Assembly (NCBI GenBank): GCA_963749565.1
Contig: CAVVNL010000021.1
Span: 14,111-78,110 of the forward strand
DNA length: 64,000 nt
Direction of reading: 5' to 3'
Source of the DNA: an uncultured Acidobacteriota bacterium
GTDB taxonomy: Bacteria; Acidobacteriota; Vicinamibacteria; Vicinamibacterales; CAVVIG01
The notes under the pieces: model-generated
Told to the model about the DNA's origin: nothing
What the model saw: only the letters and a program-made list of their open reading frames with translations
Database searches by the model: none
Part shown: positions 38,742-48,671 of the stretch, piece after piece
Layout: each line of letters begins with the position of its first letter
Numbering within the stretch: position 1 is the stretch's first letter
Translations under genes and position numbers: made by a program

Positions 38742-40400
38742 ATGACTGGGGTTGTCCGCGTCGCGGCGCTTGGGGACCTGCACTGCTCGAAGACGTCGCA
38801 GGGCGCCTTCCAGTCGCTCTTCGCGAAAATCGCCGAATCCGCCGATGTCCTGCTGATTGCCGGTGACCTCACAGACTACGGGTTGCCCGAAGAAGCCCAT
38901 ATCGTCGCCCGGGAGCTGTCGACGCTCCGGATGCCCGTTGTAGCCGTTCTTGGCAACCACGATTTCGAATCGGCAAGAGGCGACGAGGTGCGTCAGATCA
39001 TCACAGACGCCGGCATCGTCGTGCTCGATGGGGACGCGTACGAGACGCACGGCATCGGCATCGCCGGGATCAAGGGGTTCGGCGGCGGCTTCGGGCAGCG
39101 CGCGCTAGGTCCATGGGGAGAAACGATCATCAAGCAGTTCGTGCGGGAAGCCGTCGACGAAGCCTTGAAGCTGGAGGCGGCGCTGGCACGCCTGCGGACG
39201 AAGCATCTCATCGCGCTGCTGCACTATTCGCCGATTCAGCAGACCGTGGACGGCGAGCCGCCCGAGATCTACCCGTTCCTGGGCTCGAGCCGGCTCGAGG
39301 AACCAATCAATCGCTACCCCGTCTCGCTTGTCCTGCACGGACACGCGCATCGCGGGCAGTTGCAGGGCGCCACGACCGGCGGCGTCCCCGTCTACAACGT
39401 CTCCATGCCGTTGCTGACACGTTCGTTCGCCGACCGGCCGCCATTCCGCATTTTTGAAATGCCGGCCGGCGAGACGACGGTCGAGTTCCCGGCGACATTC
39501 CCAACCATGACCCACGTCGACGCCGCTGCGCGACGCGACGCCGCAACCCGTGCGCGGCGAGCGCCGTTCCGCCGAAAGGCGCGGCTGAGCCGTACCGCAA
39601 AGGAGCCCATGGAAACCTGCACAGCGCGTGCGATCCACGACCCTGCCGCCGCCTTCTATATCGAGGCGATGCGCAGGCTGCAAGAGACCGGGATTCCGTT
39701 TCTGCTCGGCGGTGCGTTTGCCTTCTCGCACTATTCAAAGGTGCCGCGCAATACCAAGGACGTCGACGTGTTCGTTCGTCCCGCCGATTGCCCGCGTGTT
39801 CTGGAGGCGTTCGCCCAGGCCGGGTACGACACCGAGATGACGTTCCCGCACTGGCTTGGCAAGATCAGGCGGGGCGAGCACTTCATGGATGTGATCTTCA
39901 ATTCCGGAAACGGCATCGCCCGCGTCGACGACCTGTGGTTCGATCACGCGCCGAAGGCCGACGTGCTCGGGCTGATCGTCCGCCTTTCGCCCGTTGAAGA
40001 GATGATCTGGTCCAAGGCCTTCATCCAGGAGCGCGAGCGCTTCGACGGCGCCGACGTCCTCCACCTGCTGCGCGAGATGGGGCCGTCGCTCGACTGGCCG
40101 CGGCTGCTGATGCGGTTCGGCGACCACTGGCGCGTGCTGCTCAGCCACCTGATTCTGTTCGGGTTCGTCTACCCGGACAAACGCCACAACCTGCCCGCCT
40201 GGGTCACCGACGAACTCCTGCGTAGACTGAGCGTCAGCCGAACGAATCTCAGCAGCGATGTCTGCTATGGAACGCTGCTCTCGCGCGAGCAATACCTCCA
40301 CGACATCGAGCGCACGAAATACCGTGATGGCCGCCTCGAAGTCGCCTCGATGACCGAGGAGCAGATCGCGATCTGGACGGACGCCATTCAGGATAAATGA
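38742..40400 (+). CDS. Metallophosphoesterase fused to an uncharacterised nucleotidyltransferase-fold domain
   Basis: ATG at 38742. MPE motifs GDLH, AGDLTD, GNHD and LHGHAH are present. After a basic linker of about 40 aa comes an NTase-like module (…FLLGGAFAFSHYSKVPRNTKDVDVFV…) in the same frame with no stop. Confidence 0.65.
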   Translation: MTGVVRVAALGDLHCSKTSQGAFQSLFAKIAESADVLLIAGDLTDYGLPEEAHIVARELSTLRMPVVAVLGNHDFESARGDEVRQIITDAGIVVLDGDAYETHGIGIAGIKGFGGGFGQRALGPWGETIIKQFVREAVDEALKLEAALARLRTKHLIALLHYSPIQQTVDGEPPEIYPFLGSSRLEEPINRYPVSLVLHGHAHRGQLQGATTGGVPVYNVSMPLLTRSFADRPPFRIFEMPAGETTVEFPATFPTMTHVDAAARRDAATRARRAPFRRKARLSRTAKEPMETCTARAIHDPAAAFYIEAMRRLQETGIPFLLGGAFAFSHYSKVPRNTKDVDVFVRPADCPRVLEAFAQAGYDTEMTFPHWLGKIRRGEHFMDVIFNSGNGIARVDDLWFDHAPKADVLGLIVRLSPVEEMIWSKAFIQERERFDGADVLHLLREMGPSLDWPRLLMRFGDHWRVLLSHLILFGFVYPDKRHNLPAWVTDELLRRLSVSRTNLSSDVCYGTLLSREQYLHDIERTKYRDGRLEVASMTEEQIAIWTDAIQDK

Positions 40401-41068
40401 ACCCCGGGTGCGCTCTCCTCGACGAACGGCTCGCCAATCCGTGAGAGCGTCGTCCGGCCGTGGCGTGCAGCGAGCCTGAGCAGACGAAGGAAGACCTGCG
40501 CGGTCAGGAAGGCGTCGCCACTTGCCGTGTGGCGGTCGTGCGGAATCACATCGAACAGGTTGCACAGTGCGTCCAGCGTGAAACGGCGAATCGGAGGACG
40601 GCCGGCGAATGCGCCGTCCCGTTCGAGGTGGAGCGTGAGGTCCATCGTGTCGAGGCTGCGATTGATCGTGCGAAAGCCCCAGCCGCGCTCGTAGCCGGCG
40701 TCGAGCGTGCCGATATCGTGACCGATATGGTGTCCAACGATCACGCCGTCCCGCAGGTAGTCGAGAAAGCGCGCCAGCGCGTCCTGTTCCTCCAGTCCCC
40801 CGCGAGTCTCGTCACGCGTGATGCCGTGTACCGTCACCGCACTCGTGTTCTCAGCCACTTTCAGAAGCGCCTCGAAGGAGTCCTCCAGCACAATCTCGCC
40901 AGCGCAGACCGCGACGGCTCCGATCGTAATGATGCGATCGGTGCGCGGATCGAGACCGGTGGTCTCCGAATCGAGCACGACGAAGCGCACCTGATCAATC
41001 GGCGTCTGATCGGTCCAGGTGGTTTCGAAGCACTTGCGGTAGCGCTCGAACAGCGATGGCTCCGTCAT
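40388..41068 (-). CDS. DnaQ-like 3'-5' exonuclease (DEDDh)
   Basis: Exo I VVLDSETTGL, exo II …GHHIGHDIGTLD… and exo III …HTASGDAFLTAQVF… The start overlaps the upstream gene stop (ATGA-type, 41065-41068). Confidence 0.8.
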   Translation of the reverse strand: MTEPSLFERYRKCFETTWTDQTPIDQVRFVVLDSETTGLDPRTDRIITIGAVAVCAGEIVLEDSFEALLKVAENTSAVTVHGITRDETRGGLEEQDALARFLDYLRDGVIVGHHIGHDIGTLDAGYERGWGFRTINRSLDTMDLTLHLERDGAFAGRPPIRRFTLDALCNLFDVIPHDRHTASGDAFLTAQVFLRLLRLAARHGRTTLSRIGEPFVEESAPGVHLS

Positions 41069-42906
41069 ATCGTCGCGAGCCAGGGCGAGTTGCCGGTGAA
41101 TTCGAGCAATTGCAGTATGGAGCGGAACCCGCTCTTCAACACGTGGCGGTCGTGGCGGCTGAGCAGGGCCGGCGGCAACTCTGATCCGCTGGTGCCCTGG
41201 CCGATCCCGATCCGCGCCTGCTGCCAGAGCAGGATGCGCAGGGTCTCGGACGCGTCGCGGAAGATCGATTCGTGCTCGGGCAACAGCGTTCGGGCCAACG
41301 CGAAACGCTCGCGCGTGGACGTGCCGAGCACCTTTTTCGCCGCCATCCCGAACACGCGCCCAACGTCGACGAGCGGCCGCAACGCGCTGTGCTCCAGTCG
41401 AAAGACGGCGGTGTGCTCGCCGGATTCCTCGACCACCGCATCCTGGAAAAAGGTCAGCGGCGGCAGACTCCCCAGGCAGTCGTTGGCCAGTACGTACAGG
41501 AGATCGCGGTCCAGCGCACCGGCAACCGTGGCCTCAACGTCGCGCCACAGCGATTCACGGCCGTGAACCGGGCGCAGATCGAACAGCGGGCGAGCCAGAT
41601 ACATCTTCGCGCGCACAGGGTCGCGCAGCCAATTCTCGTAGCGCGTCTGCCACTCGGCCCTGCTCGCCACATGGAACGGGCGGTCGAACGCCATATCGCC
41701 TCTGACAAGGTAGTCGCAGTCGGTGAGCGCGTCGGACACACGCTCGTACCTCTGCAACATATCGGCACGCCCACTCTCGTCTTCGACGATGAGTACCAGT
41801 TGCGGCGCATGTCTGGTGAGCGTTTCTCCCCGCCCCGACGCGCCGCAGAAGCACCAGCACGCGGACGACAGGTCCCCGCCCGCAAGCGCCATGATCCGTT
41901 TCACGATGTTCACGTCGGTCAGGGAAACGAAGCGCGCAAGCCAGTCGAGCGAGGCTGCGCTGGTGAGGTACTGAAAGGCCAATGCGCGCGCACGGTGATT
42001 GAGCTCGCGCAGCTCCCGGGCATTCGCGGCGAGCCGAATCTCCCGCAGAATCGAGATCGGCTGATCGCCAAAGACGCGGGCGATGTCTCTGGGCGTTACG
42101 AGCGCATGAAGCTGGCCGCTCGAGGAGCCGTCCGACGTCACGGCCAACGCGTCGGCATCGGCGTCGGCGAGGGCCAGCACGCCGTCGATGACCGACGCGG
42201 CCGACCCGACCGCGGGCGGAGCGCCCCTCAACAGGCCGTTGATCGGCTGGTCGGCGTTGCCCGCGCCCCCGGCCACCCAGGCGAGAACGACATTGACCGT
42301 CGCGACCGCCTGGACGCGATCGTCCCCATCCACGACGGCGATCACCTCGGACCCGGTGGTCAGCATCGACTGCGCCACATCGCGAATGCTCATTTGCGCA
42401 CTACAGCGCCCGAGCGCCTTTCCGCCGACCACGTCGTGCAGAAACACCCGCTGGGGATCGCGCGTATCCGTCCCCCAGTGATAGTCAGCGCTCACCGTAT
42501 CGTGGGCCTCCACGAATTGGCGGGCGTACGGATATTTCAGCACCAGATCCTCGAAGCCTGATGCCGGAAAGGAGTAGATCACCACGTCGCTCGCCGACCT
42601 CGCCGAGTAAAGGCAGCAGGGCGCGCCGGTAAAGCACTCGATCCCCAGCATGTCTCCCGCGCCGCGCACATCTCGCAGCGCCGCTTGCCCGCCCGCTTCG
42701 TCCCAGAGAGACACCGTCCCCTGCTGAATCACACTCACGTGAAGCTTGTGGGGTTCCCCCTGCCACAAGATGTATTCATTCGCTTCATGAAACCGCACGC
42801 GCCCCTGCGACGCGAGCTCGAGGAGGTCGCCTTCCTCCATGGCCTGAAAGGGTGGATGCTTCTTGAGGAAATCGGCGACACGATAGCTGATGGCGGAAGT
42901 GTCCAC
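41065..42906 (-). CDS. cNMP-binding / CBS-pair / DUF294 nucleotidyltransferase signal-transduction protein
   Basis: Intact 613 aa. It has an N-terminal cyclic-nucleotide-binding-like domain, central CBS-like repeats, and a DUF294-type NTase (…CWCFCGASGRGETL…) with a helical C-terminal DUF294_C-like region. Confidence 0.7.
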   Translation of the reverse strand: MDTSAISYRVADFLKKHPPFQAMEEGDLLELASQGRVRFHEANEYILWQGEPHKLHVSVIQQGTVSLWDEAGGQAALRDVRGAGDMLGIECFTGAPCCLYSARSASDVVIYSFPASGFEDLVLKYPYARQFVEAHDTVSADYHWGTDTRDPQRVFLHDVVGGKALGRCSAQMSIRDVAQSMLTTGSEVIAVVDGDDRVQAVATVNVVLAWVAGGAGNADQPINGLLRGAPPAVGSAASVIDGVLALADADADALAVTSDGSSSGQLHALVTPRDIARVFGDQPISILREIRLAANARELRELNHRARALAFQYLTSAASLDWLARFVSLTDVNIVKRIMALAGGDLSSACWCFCGASGRGETLTRHAPQLVLIVEDESGRADMLQRYERVSDALTDCDYLVRGDMAFDRPFHVASRAEWQTRYENWLRDPVRAKMYLARPLFDLRPVHGRESLWRDVEATVAGALDRDLLYVLANDCLGSLPPLTFFQDAVVEESGEHTAVFRLEHSALRPLVDVGRVFGMAAKKVLGTSTRERFALARTLLPEHESIFRDASETLRILLWQQARIGIGQGTSGSELPPALLSRHDRHVLKSGFRSILQLLEFTGNSPWLATI

Positions 42907-42994
42907 AGGCGTTCCTTGGCCGTCGAGACCTAGATGGCGGCCCCGAGGCGATTGAGTCGTATGACGTCCATCACAGATGGTCGGCGCGGCCGGC

Positions 42995-43822
42995 TCACCC
43001 TGCGAATTCCACCATTACCGGTTTTGGCAGCAATCCGGCCTTCTGCGCATCGCCGAGCAGGCGGTGCACAGCCTCACGTCCGCGGTCGCCGTAATCGAGC
43101 GTCAGGCCGTTCACATACATGCCGACGAAGCGATCGGTGCGCGCCTTGTCGAGACCGCGGCCGAACTGCATGGCATAGCCGACCGCCTCGTCCCGATGCT
43201 CGAGGCCGAACGCGATGCTGTCGTGCAGGAGGCGCGAGAGCGTCGCGATCGCCGCGGGCCCGAGGTCGCGCCGGATCACGTTGCCGCCGAGCGGCAGCGG
43301 CAATCCACCGGTGCGATCGGCCCACCACTCGCCCAGATCGACGATCTTCCGCAGACCCTCTTCCTCGTACGTCACCTGGCCTTCGTGAATCAGCAGGCCC
43401 GCGGCGATCTCGCCGGCATGCACGGCTTCCTGGATCTCGTCGAACGGCATGACGACGTACTTCACGCCGGGATCGTAGAGCCGCAAGGTGAGGAATGCCG
43501 TCGTCATCTCACCGGGTACGCCGACGCGCACGCCTTCGAGCGACGTGGGTCCATCTTTCCTTGCGACGACGACAGGGCCGTACCGATCACCCATGCTGGC
43601 GCCGTGCGGCAGCAGAATGTACCGGTCGGTCAGGTGCGCGTAGGCGTTGAACGACACGGCGGTGATCTCGTATCGGCCTTCGAGGGCCGCGAGGTTCAAC
43701 GTCTCGATGTCCGAGAGGACGTGCTCGAGCTCGAACCCATCGGACGGCACCTTGCCGCTCGCAAGGCCGTAGAACATGAAGGCGTCGTCGGAGTCAGGGC
43801 TGTGGGCGATGCGAATCTTCAT
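42995..43822 (-). CDS. MqnA/MqnD-family menaquinone (futalosine pathway) protein
   Basis: Intact 275 aa: MKIRIAHSPDSDDAFMFYGL…EITAVSFNAYAH…GLLIHEGQ…. Confidence 0.75.
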   Translation of the reverse strand: MKIRIAHSPDSDDAFMFYGLASGKVPSDGFELEHVLSDIETLNLAALEGRYEITAVSFNAYAHLTDRYILLPHGASMGDRYGPVVVARKDGPTSLEGVRVGVPGEMTTAFLTLRLYDPGVKYVVMPFDEIQEAVHAGEIAAGLLIHEGQVTYEEEGLRKIVDLGEWWADRTGGLPLPLGGNVIRRDLGPAAIATLSRLLHDSIAFGLEHRDEAVGYAMQFGRGLDKARTDRFVGMYVNGLTLDYGDRGREAVHRLLGDAQKAGLLPKPVMVEFAG

Positions 43823-43827
43823 AACGG

Positions 43828-43882
43828 GGCTTAGGGACGAAGGATTAGAGGTTAGAGGTTAGGGGTTAGGGAATAGGGCATA
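43828..43882. repeat. One-arm word array (GGTTAGAG/GGTTAGGG units)
   Basis: Sequence is ggcttagggacgaaggattagaggttagaggttaggggttagggaatagggcatag, lying between the mqnA/D start and the FtsX permease stop. Confidence 0.7.
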
Positions 43883-43887
43883 GAGTT

Positions 43888-45078
43888 CTACAGTTCTCTG
43901 AGTGCGGCCGAAATCGGGAGGCGCGCGGCGCGGATGGCTGGCAACAGGCCGCCGGCCAGTCCCATCAGGAGTGCGTACGACAGCCCCTGGAGCAGCAGCG
44001 ACGGCGTCACCGCAAAGGCGAACGCGACCTGGCTGAACGTCTGGAAGTTCATCGTCGAGGTCTGATAGCCGTTGAACGCGAGGTACGCCGCGAGGCCGCC
44101 GATCGTACCGCCGATTGCGCCGAGGACCAGCGATTCGCCGAGAACGGAGACGAGAACGGAGATCGTGTTGAAGCCAAGGGCGCGGAGCGTGGCGATCTCG
44201 CGCGCACGCGTGGACACGGCCGTGGACATCGTGAGAATGGCGCCGAAGATGGCGCCGATGCCCATCAGCGCCGCAATGCCGAAGCCGATCGTCCGGATCA
44301 GGTTGGTGAGCGCCTGCGACTGGCCGGCGTAATAGTCCGTCTCGCGGCGGACCATCAGGTTCACCGCCGGATTGGAGGTCAACCAGTCGCTGAAGGCGGT
44401 CAGTGAATCGGCGGACTCCAGTTGAGCGAGCACCGACTGGAAGGTGTTCCCCCGCCGGTAGGCGCCCTGCAGCGATCGGGCATCGCACCAGATCTCGGAC
44501 TCCGCTACGCCGCCGTCGGCTTCGAACACGCCGACGACCTGCCACCGGTTCTGGCCCGAGACGATTTCGTTTCCGACTTCGAGATTCGCAAACTGACCGC
44601 TGGCGCCGCGGCCGGCGATCACCTCGTTGGTGCCGAACTCGAACATGCGGCCCTCGATCAGCGACACTTCCTCGCGGACGCGCATGCCGGCCGGCTCGAT
44701 GCCGCGCATCGGAACGTTGGCCGGGGCTTCGGGAGTGGCCTTCTTGGGCAGGTCGATGATCACGTACAGCTCCGCCGAGGCGAGCGGCGCCTGGCCGTCG
44801 CGCCGCAGGCCTGGCGCCTGTTTGACGATGTCCACCTCGGACGCGCTCAGGCCGCTCGTCATCTCGCTGTCGGCGCCGCTGCGCATCACGAGCGCGCGCT
44901 GCGGCGATCCCGACTGACGCATCGCCGCCGAGAAACCGGCGGCGATCGAGAGCACGGAGACGAAGACCACCACGACGCCGGCGATGCCGACGATCGCCAC
45001 CGCCGACGAGCCGAGGCGCTGGGGAATGGTCCGGAGATTCAGGGCCATGACGGCGAACGTCTGGCTCAACCAGCGCAT
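43888..45078 (-). CDS. ABC transporter permease, FtsX/MacB-type
   Basis: Intact 396 aa. It has an N-terminal TM, a large periplasmic domain and a C-terminal FtsX 3-TM bundle. Confidence 0.8.
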   Translation of the reverse strand: MRWLSQTFAVMALNLRTIPQRLGSSAVAIVGIAGVVVVFVSVLSIAAGFSAAMRQSGSPQRALVMRSGADSEMTSGLSASEVDIVKQAPGLRRDGQAPLASAELYVIIDLPKKATPEAPANVPMRGIEPAGMRVREEVSLIEGRMFEFGTNEVIAGRGASGQFANLEVGNEIVSGQNRWQVVGVFEADGGVAESEIWCDARSLQGAYRRGNTFQSVLAQLESADSLTAFSDWLTSNPAVNLMVRRETDYYAGQSQALTNLIRTIGFGIAALMGIGAIFGAILTMSTAVSTRAREIATLRALGFNTISVLVSVLGESLVLGAIGGTIGGLAAYLAFNGYQTSTMNFQTFSQVAFAFAVTPSLLLQGLSYALLMGLAGGLLPAIRAARLPISAALREL

Positions 45079-45079
45079 C

Positions 45080-46228
45080 TCACGTCCTCCTCAAGGCATC
45101 GGTGATGCGCAAGCGCATCGCGGCCACGGCCGGCATGAGGCCGGCCAGCACTCCCATCAGGAGCATCAGGCCCGCGCCAATCGCAACGTCGCGGGCGGGC
45201 AGGACGAAGATCGGAAGCATCCCTCCCGTGGGATCCCCGTTCTGGACGAACAGCCAGGCGAGGCCAAGCCCGAGCGCGCCGCCGGCGACCGCAATGAAAA
45301 TCGACTCGGCGAGCACCAGCATCAGGATCAATCCGTCCGGAAATCCAAGCGTCTTGAGCACCGCGAGCTCGCTGGTCCGCTCGCGCACCGACTGCGCCAT
45401 CGTGCTGGCCGCGATCAGCAGGATGTTGAACAGGACCGCGGTCAGGATGGCAATCATGATCGCGCCGATATCGCCAATCTGCTTCGCGAATCCCTCGACG
45501 AACCCTTTCTCGGTCGTGGTCTTGGTCTCGGCCGACGAGTTCGCGAACATCCCGTCGAACGTGTGGCCCATCGCCACCGTCTGCGACGGATCGGCGACCT
45601 TCACCACGTACCAGCCGACCAGTCCTTCCCCACCCGCACGGTTCTCGTCGAGGTAATCGTAGCGGAAGAAAAACTGCGTCTTGTCGATGCCGTCGTCGCC
45701 GTCGTAGATCCCGGCGACGTTGAATTCCCACGTCTGGCCCTGCTTCGGCTGCCAGATGGTCGCCTGGATCGGAATTCGATCGCCGATCTTCCAGCCAAAC
45801 CTGTCCGCGAGGTCGCGGCCGACGAGCGCACCCTGCCGATCGGCGAGCCACGCCTTGAGCTGGTCCGGCGGCACTTTGAACTCGGGATAGACGGCCAGGA
45901 ACGTCTCGGGATCGACCGCCATCTGCGCGAAGAAGTTGGACGGATCCTGATAGACGCCGCCGAACCACGTCTGGTGCGTCACACGCTGGACCCCTGGAAC
46001 ACTCTGCAGGCGCGACTGGTACGACACCGGCAGCGGCATGATCAGGCTGACCTTGTGGATCAGCACAAGCCGGTCCAGCCCGGCGAGCTCCACGCCGAAG
46101 CTGAACGCCATCCGGATCGTCATCAGAATCCCGAACAACAGGAAGGCGACGAAGATCGACAGGAGCGTGAAGGTCGTGCGCATCTTCCGGCGCCAGACGT
46201 TCTTCCAGACGAGCGATACGAACTTCAT
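45080..46228 (-). CDS. ABC transporter permease, FtsX/MacB-type (second copy)
   Basis: ATG at 46228 (MKFVSLVWKNVWRRKMRTTFTLLSIFVAFLLF…), overlapping the ATPase stop (ATGA). Confidence 0.8.
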   Translation of the reverse strand: MKFVSLVWKNVWRRKMRTTFTLLSIFVAFLLFGILMTIRMAFSFGVELAGLDRLVLIHKVSLIMPLPVSYQSRLQSVPGVQRVTHQTWFGGVYQDPSNFFAQMAVDPETFLAVYPEFKVPPDQLKAWLADRQGALVGRDLADRFGWKIGDRIPIQATIWQPKQGQTWEFNVAGIYDGDDGIDKTQFFFRYDYLDENRAGGEGLVGWYVVKVADPSQTVAMGHTFDGMFANSSAETKTTTEKGFVEGFAKQIGDIGAIMIAILTAVLFNILLIAASTMAQSVRERTSELAVLKTLGFPDGLILMLVLAESIFIAVAGGALGLGLAWLFVQNGDPTGGMLPIFVLPARDVAIGAGLMLLMGVLAGLMPAVAAMRLRITDALRRT

Positions 46229-46908
46229 ACATTCGCCCCGGCCAGCACGCCTTTGTCGAGATGCAGCGTGCGGCGCGCGCGATCGGCGGCGTGCGGATCG
46301 TGCGTCACCATCACGATGGTCTTGCCGTGGTCGGCATTCAGCGCCTGGAGCAGCTCGAGCACCTCGTCGCCGGCCTTGCGATCGAGGTCCCCCGTCGGCT
46401 CGTCGCAAAGCAGCAGCGTCGGATCGGTGACGATGGCCCGTGCGATGCCGACGCGCTGCTCCTGTCCGCCGGAGAGCTGGCGCGGATAGTGTTTCGCCCG
46501 GTCCGCCAGCCCGACCACTTTGAGTGCGATGCCGGCCCGTTTCAGGCGCTCGCTCTTTGAAAGACTCGTCAACAGGAGCGGAAGCTCCACGTTGCGCTCG
46601 GCGGTAAGCACCGGAAGCAGGTTATAGAGCTGGAACACGAAGCCGACGTTCTGCGAGCGCCATCTGGAAAGGCTGCTGCCGCTGAGCCTGTTGATCTGTA
46701 CGCCGGCGACGTCCACCGAGCCGCCGGTCGGGAGATCGAGTCCGCCAATCAGGTTGAGCAGCGTCGTCTTTCCGGAACCGGATGGCCCCATCAACGCGAG
46801 AAAATCGCCCTGCGGGATCTCGAGGTTCACGCCCTTCAACACGTCGATGCGCTCGCTGCCGCGCGTGAAGTGCTTGTGGACATCGGTCACTTTGACGAGA
46901 GGGTTCAC
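46225..46908 (-). CDS. ABC transporter ATP-binding protein (MacB/LolD-type)
   Basis: Walker A GPSGSGKTT, signature LSGGQEQR and Walker B LLLCDEPT. Intact. Confidence 0.9.
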   Translation of the reverse strand: MNPLVKVTDVHKHFTRGSERIDVLKGVNLEIPQGDFLALMGPSGSGKTTLLNLIGGLDLPTGGSVDVAGVQINRLSGSSLSRWRSQNVGFVFQLYNLLPVLTAERNVELPLLLTSLSKSERLKRAGIALKVVGLADRAKHYPRQLSGGQEQRVGIARAIVTDPTLLLCDEPTGDLDRKAGDEVLELLQALNADHGKTIVMVTHDPHAADRARRTLHLDKGVLAGANV

Positions 46909-48164
46909 TGTGTCACCACCCTTGCGCCGGCGGCCAGCCCCGGCGGTGGCGAGACGACCACTCGGTCGCGGGCGCGTAGAGCGCCCAGGACCTCCACGCG
47001 ATCACCATCGGTGCCGCCCACGGTGACGGCCCGCCGTTCGACGATATCGTTGGTTGCGCCGGCAATCACGAAGACAAAACTTCCGGCCGTATCGGACGCA
47101 ATCGCCGCTTTCGGCACGAGCTTGGCCGGCTGCGCCGTGGGAGCGGCCGTCTCGTCTTCCTCGCGGAGAAATGTCACCTTCACGCCCATGTCGGGAAGGA
47201 TCCGGGGATCGAGCGCCTCGAACGCAATGCGCACCAGCACCGTGGCCTTCTGCCGATCCGCCGTCGGCACGAGCGTGATCACATGTCCGGGAATCTGCCA
47301 GTCCGGATAGGCGTCGAGCACCGCCGACACGTGTTGCGCCGGACGGACACGGTTGAGGTAACTCTCGTTCACGTCCACCTCGATCTCGAGCGAGCGCATG
47401 TCCACGATGGTGCCGATCCCGGTGCGGGTGAAGCCGCCGCCGGCAGAGACCGGCGAGACCATCTCGCCCGGCTGCGCGTCCTTGGAAATCGCCACCCCGC
47501 TAAAGGGGGCGCGGATCACCGTGTTGTCGAGGTCGGTCTGCTGCACCGCAACCTGGCGCTCGGCGACATTCACCTGCTGCCGGAGCGCGCTGATGCGCGC
47601 CTCGGTGCCGTCCACCTGGGCCTGCGCCTGCTCGAGCTCGGCCTCGGTCGTGATGCCTTCTTTCCGGAGATCGGCCATGCGCCGTAGCGTCAAGCGAAAC
47701 TGTGCCAGCTGGACCTCGTTTTCGGTTACGGCCCTGCGCGCAGACTCGACCTGCGCCTGGGCGAGCGCCAGCGCCGCACGAGGGGTCGAGTCGTCCAGCC
47801 GCGCGAGCACCTGGCCCTCCGTGACAGCCATGCCCTCTTCCACGTTCACCTCGACGACCTTGCCGGTAATCTTCGACGACACGGTCGCCCGGCGCCGCGC
47901 CGTGACATAGCCCGACGCGTTCAACACCGCCGCCTGCGCCCCGGCCGCGCGCTCGGTAACCTCGGCGACCTCGACGGCGATTGGCCGCTCGCGCGTCATC
48001 CACATCCAGACGCCAGTACCCGCGCCTGCGATCAGGACGAGCGCGAGGATCCACCCGAGCCAGCGCCCCGCGCCGGGACGTTCGGGCTGGCGCTCGATGC
48101 GCAACGCGTTCAAATCCTGTTTCAGATCAGCCACAGCGATAGATTCGTTCTGATTAGACGTCAT
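46905..48164 (-). CDS. Efflux periplasmic adaptor (HlyD/MacA family)
   Basis: N-terminal TM anchor, coiled-coil hairpin region (…AQAQVESARRAV…AQAQVDGTEARISALRQQV…) and beta-barrel domains. Intact. Confidence 0.8.
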   Translation of the reverse strand: MTSNQNESIAVADLKQDLNALRIERQPERPGAGRWLGWILALVLIAGAGTGVWMWMTRERPIAVEVAEVTERAAGAQAAVLNASGYVTARRRATVSSKITGKVVEVNVEEGMAVTEGQVLARLDDSTPRAALALAQAQVESARRAVTENEVQLAQFRLTLRRMADLRKEGITTEAELEQAQAQVDGTEARISALRQQVNVAERQVAVQQTDLDNTVIRAPFSGVAISKDAQPGEMVSPVSAGGGFTRTGIGTIVDMRSLEIEVDVNESYLNRVRPAQHVSAVLDAYPDWQIPGHVITLVPTADRQKATVLVRIAFEALDPRILPDMGVKVTFLREEDETAAPTAQPAKLVPKAAIASDTAGSFVFVIAGATNDIVERRAVTVGGTDGDRVEVLGALRARDRVVVSPPPGLAAGARVVTQ

Positions 48165-48660
48165 CCCGCACGTCGTCGTTCGGATCGGCCAGGACGTACG
48201 TCGTCGACGCCCGCTTGATGACGATGGTCAGCCCGAAGGCGACGAGCACCGCCGAGGCGCCGACGCCGAGATAGAGCCCGGTGCCGGCTAACGCCTCCGG
48301 CGCCTCGCCGGGCGACCGATCTTCCACAATCGCGTACGCCTGCGCCACCGTGCGGGCGCGCTCCCCGGCCATGCGCGGCATGATCCGCAGGGCCAGATAC
48401 GTGATACCCAGCGCGGCCAACCCCACGACCAGCAGCGGGTGGCGCGAGTTCTTGCGCGTGATCAGGCTGAGCGTGGCGAGCACCACGGCCAGCACCCCGA
48501 GGCCGAGGACCCACACGGCCGCCATCTCGGGAAAACCGGTCAGCGACACGCCGCTCACGACGACCCACGGGAGAAAGGCGCTGATGGCGAGGGCGACACC
48601 GGCCGCGAGCGGGATGAAGTACGCCCGCATGCCGGGACGGAACATCCCCCGAACGCTCAT
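48154..48660 (-). CDS. Hypothetical 4-5-TM membrane protein
   Basis: Intact 168-aa hydrophobic ORF that overlaps the adaptor start by 11 nt. Confidence 0.5.
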   Translation of the reverse strand: MSVRGMFRPGMRAYFIPLAAGVALAISAFLPWVVVSGVSLTGFPEMAAVWVLGLGVLAVVLATLSLITRKNSRHPLLVVGLAALGITYLALRIMPRMAGERARTVAQAYAIVEDRSPGEAPEALAGTGLYLGVGASAVLVAFGLTIVIKRASTTYVLADPNDDVRDDV

Positions 48661-48671
48661 TTTTGCGAGTG

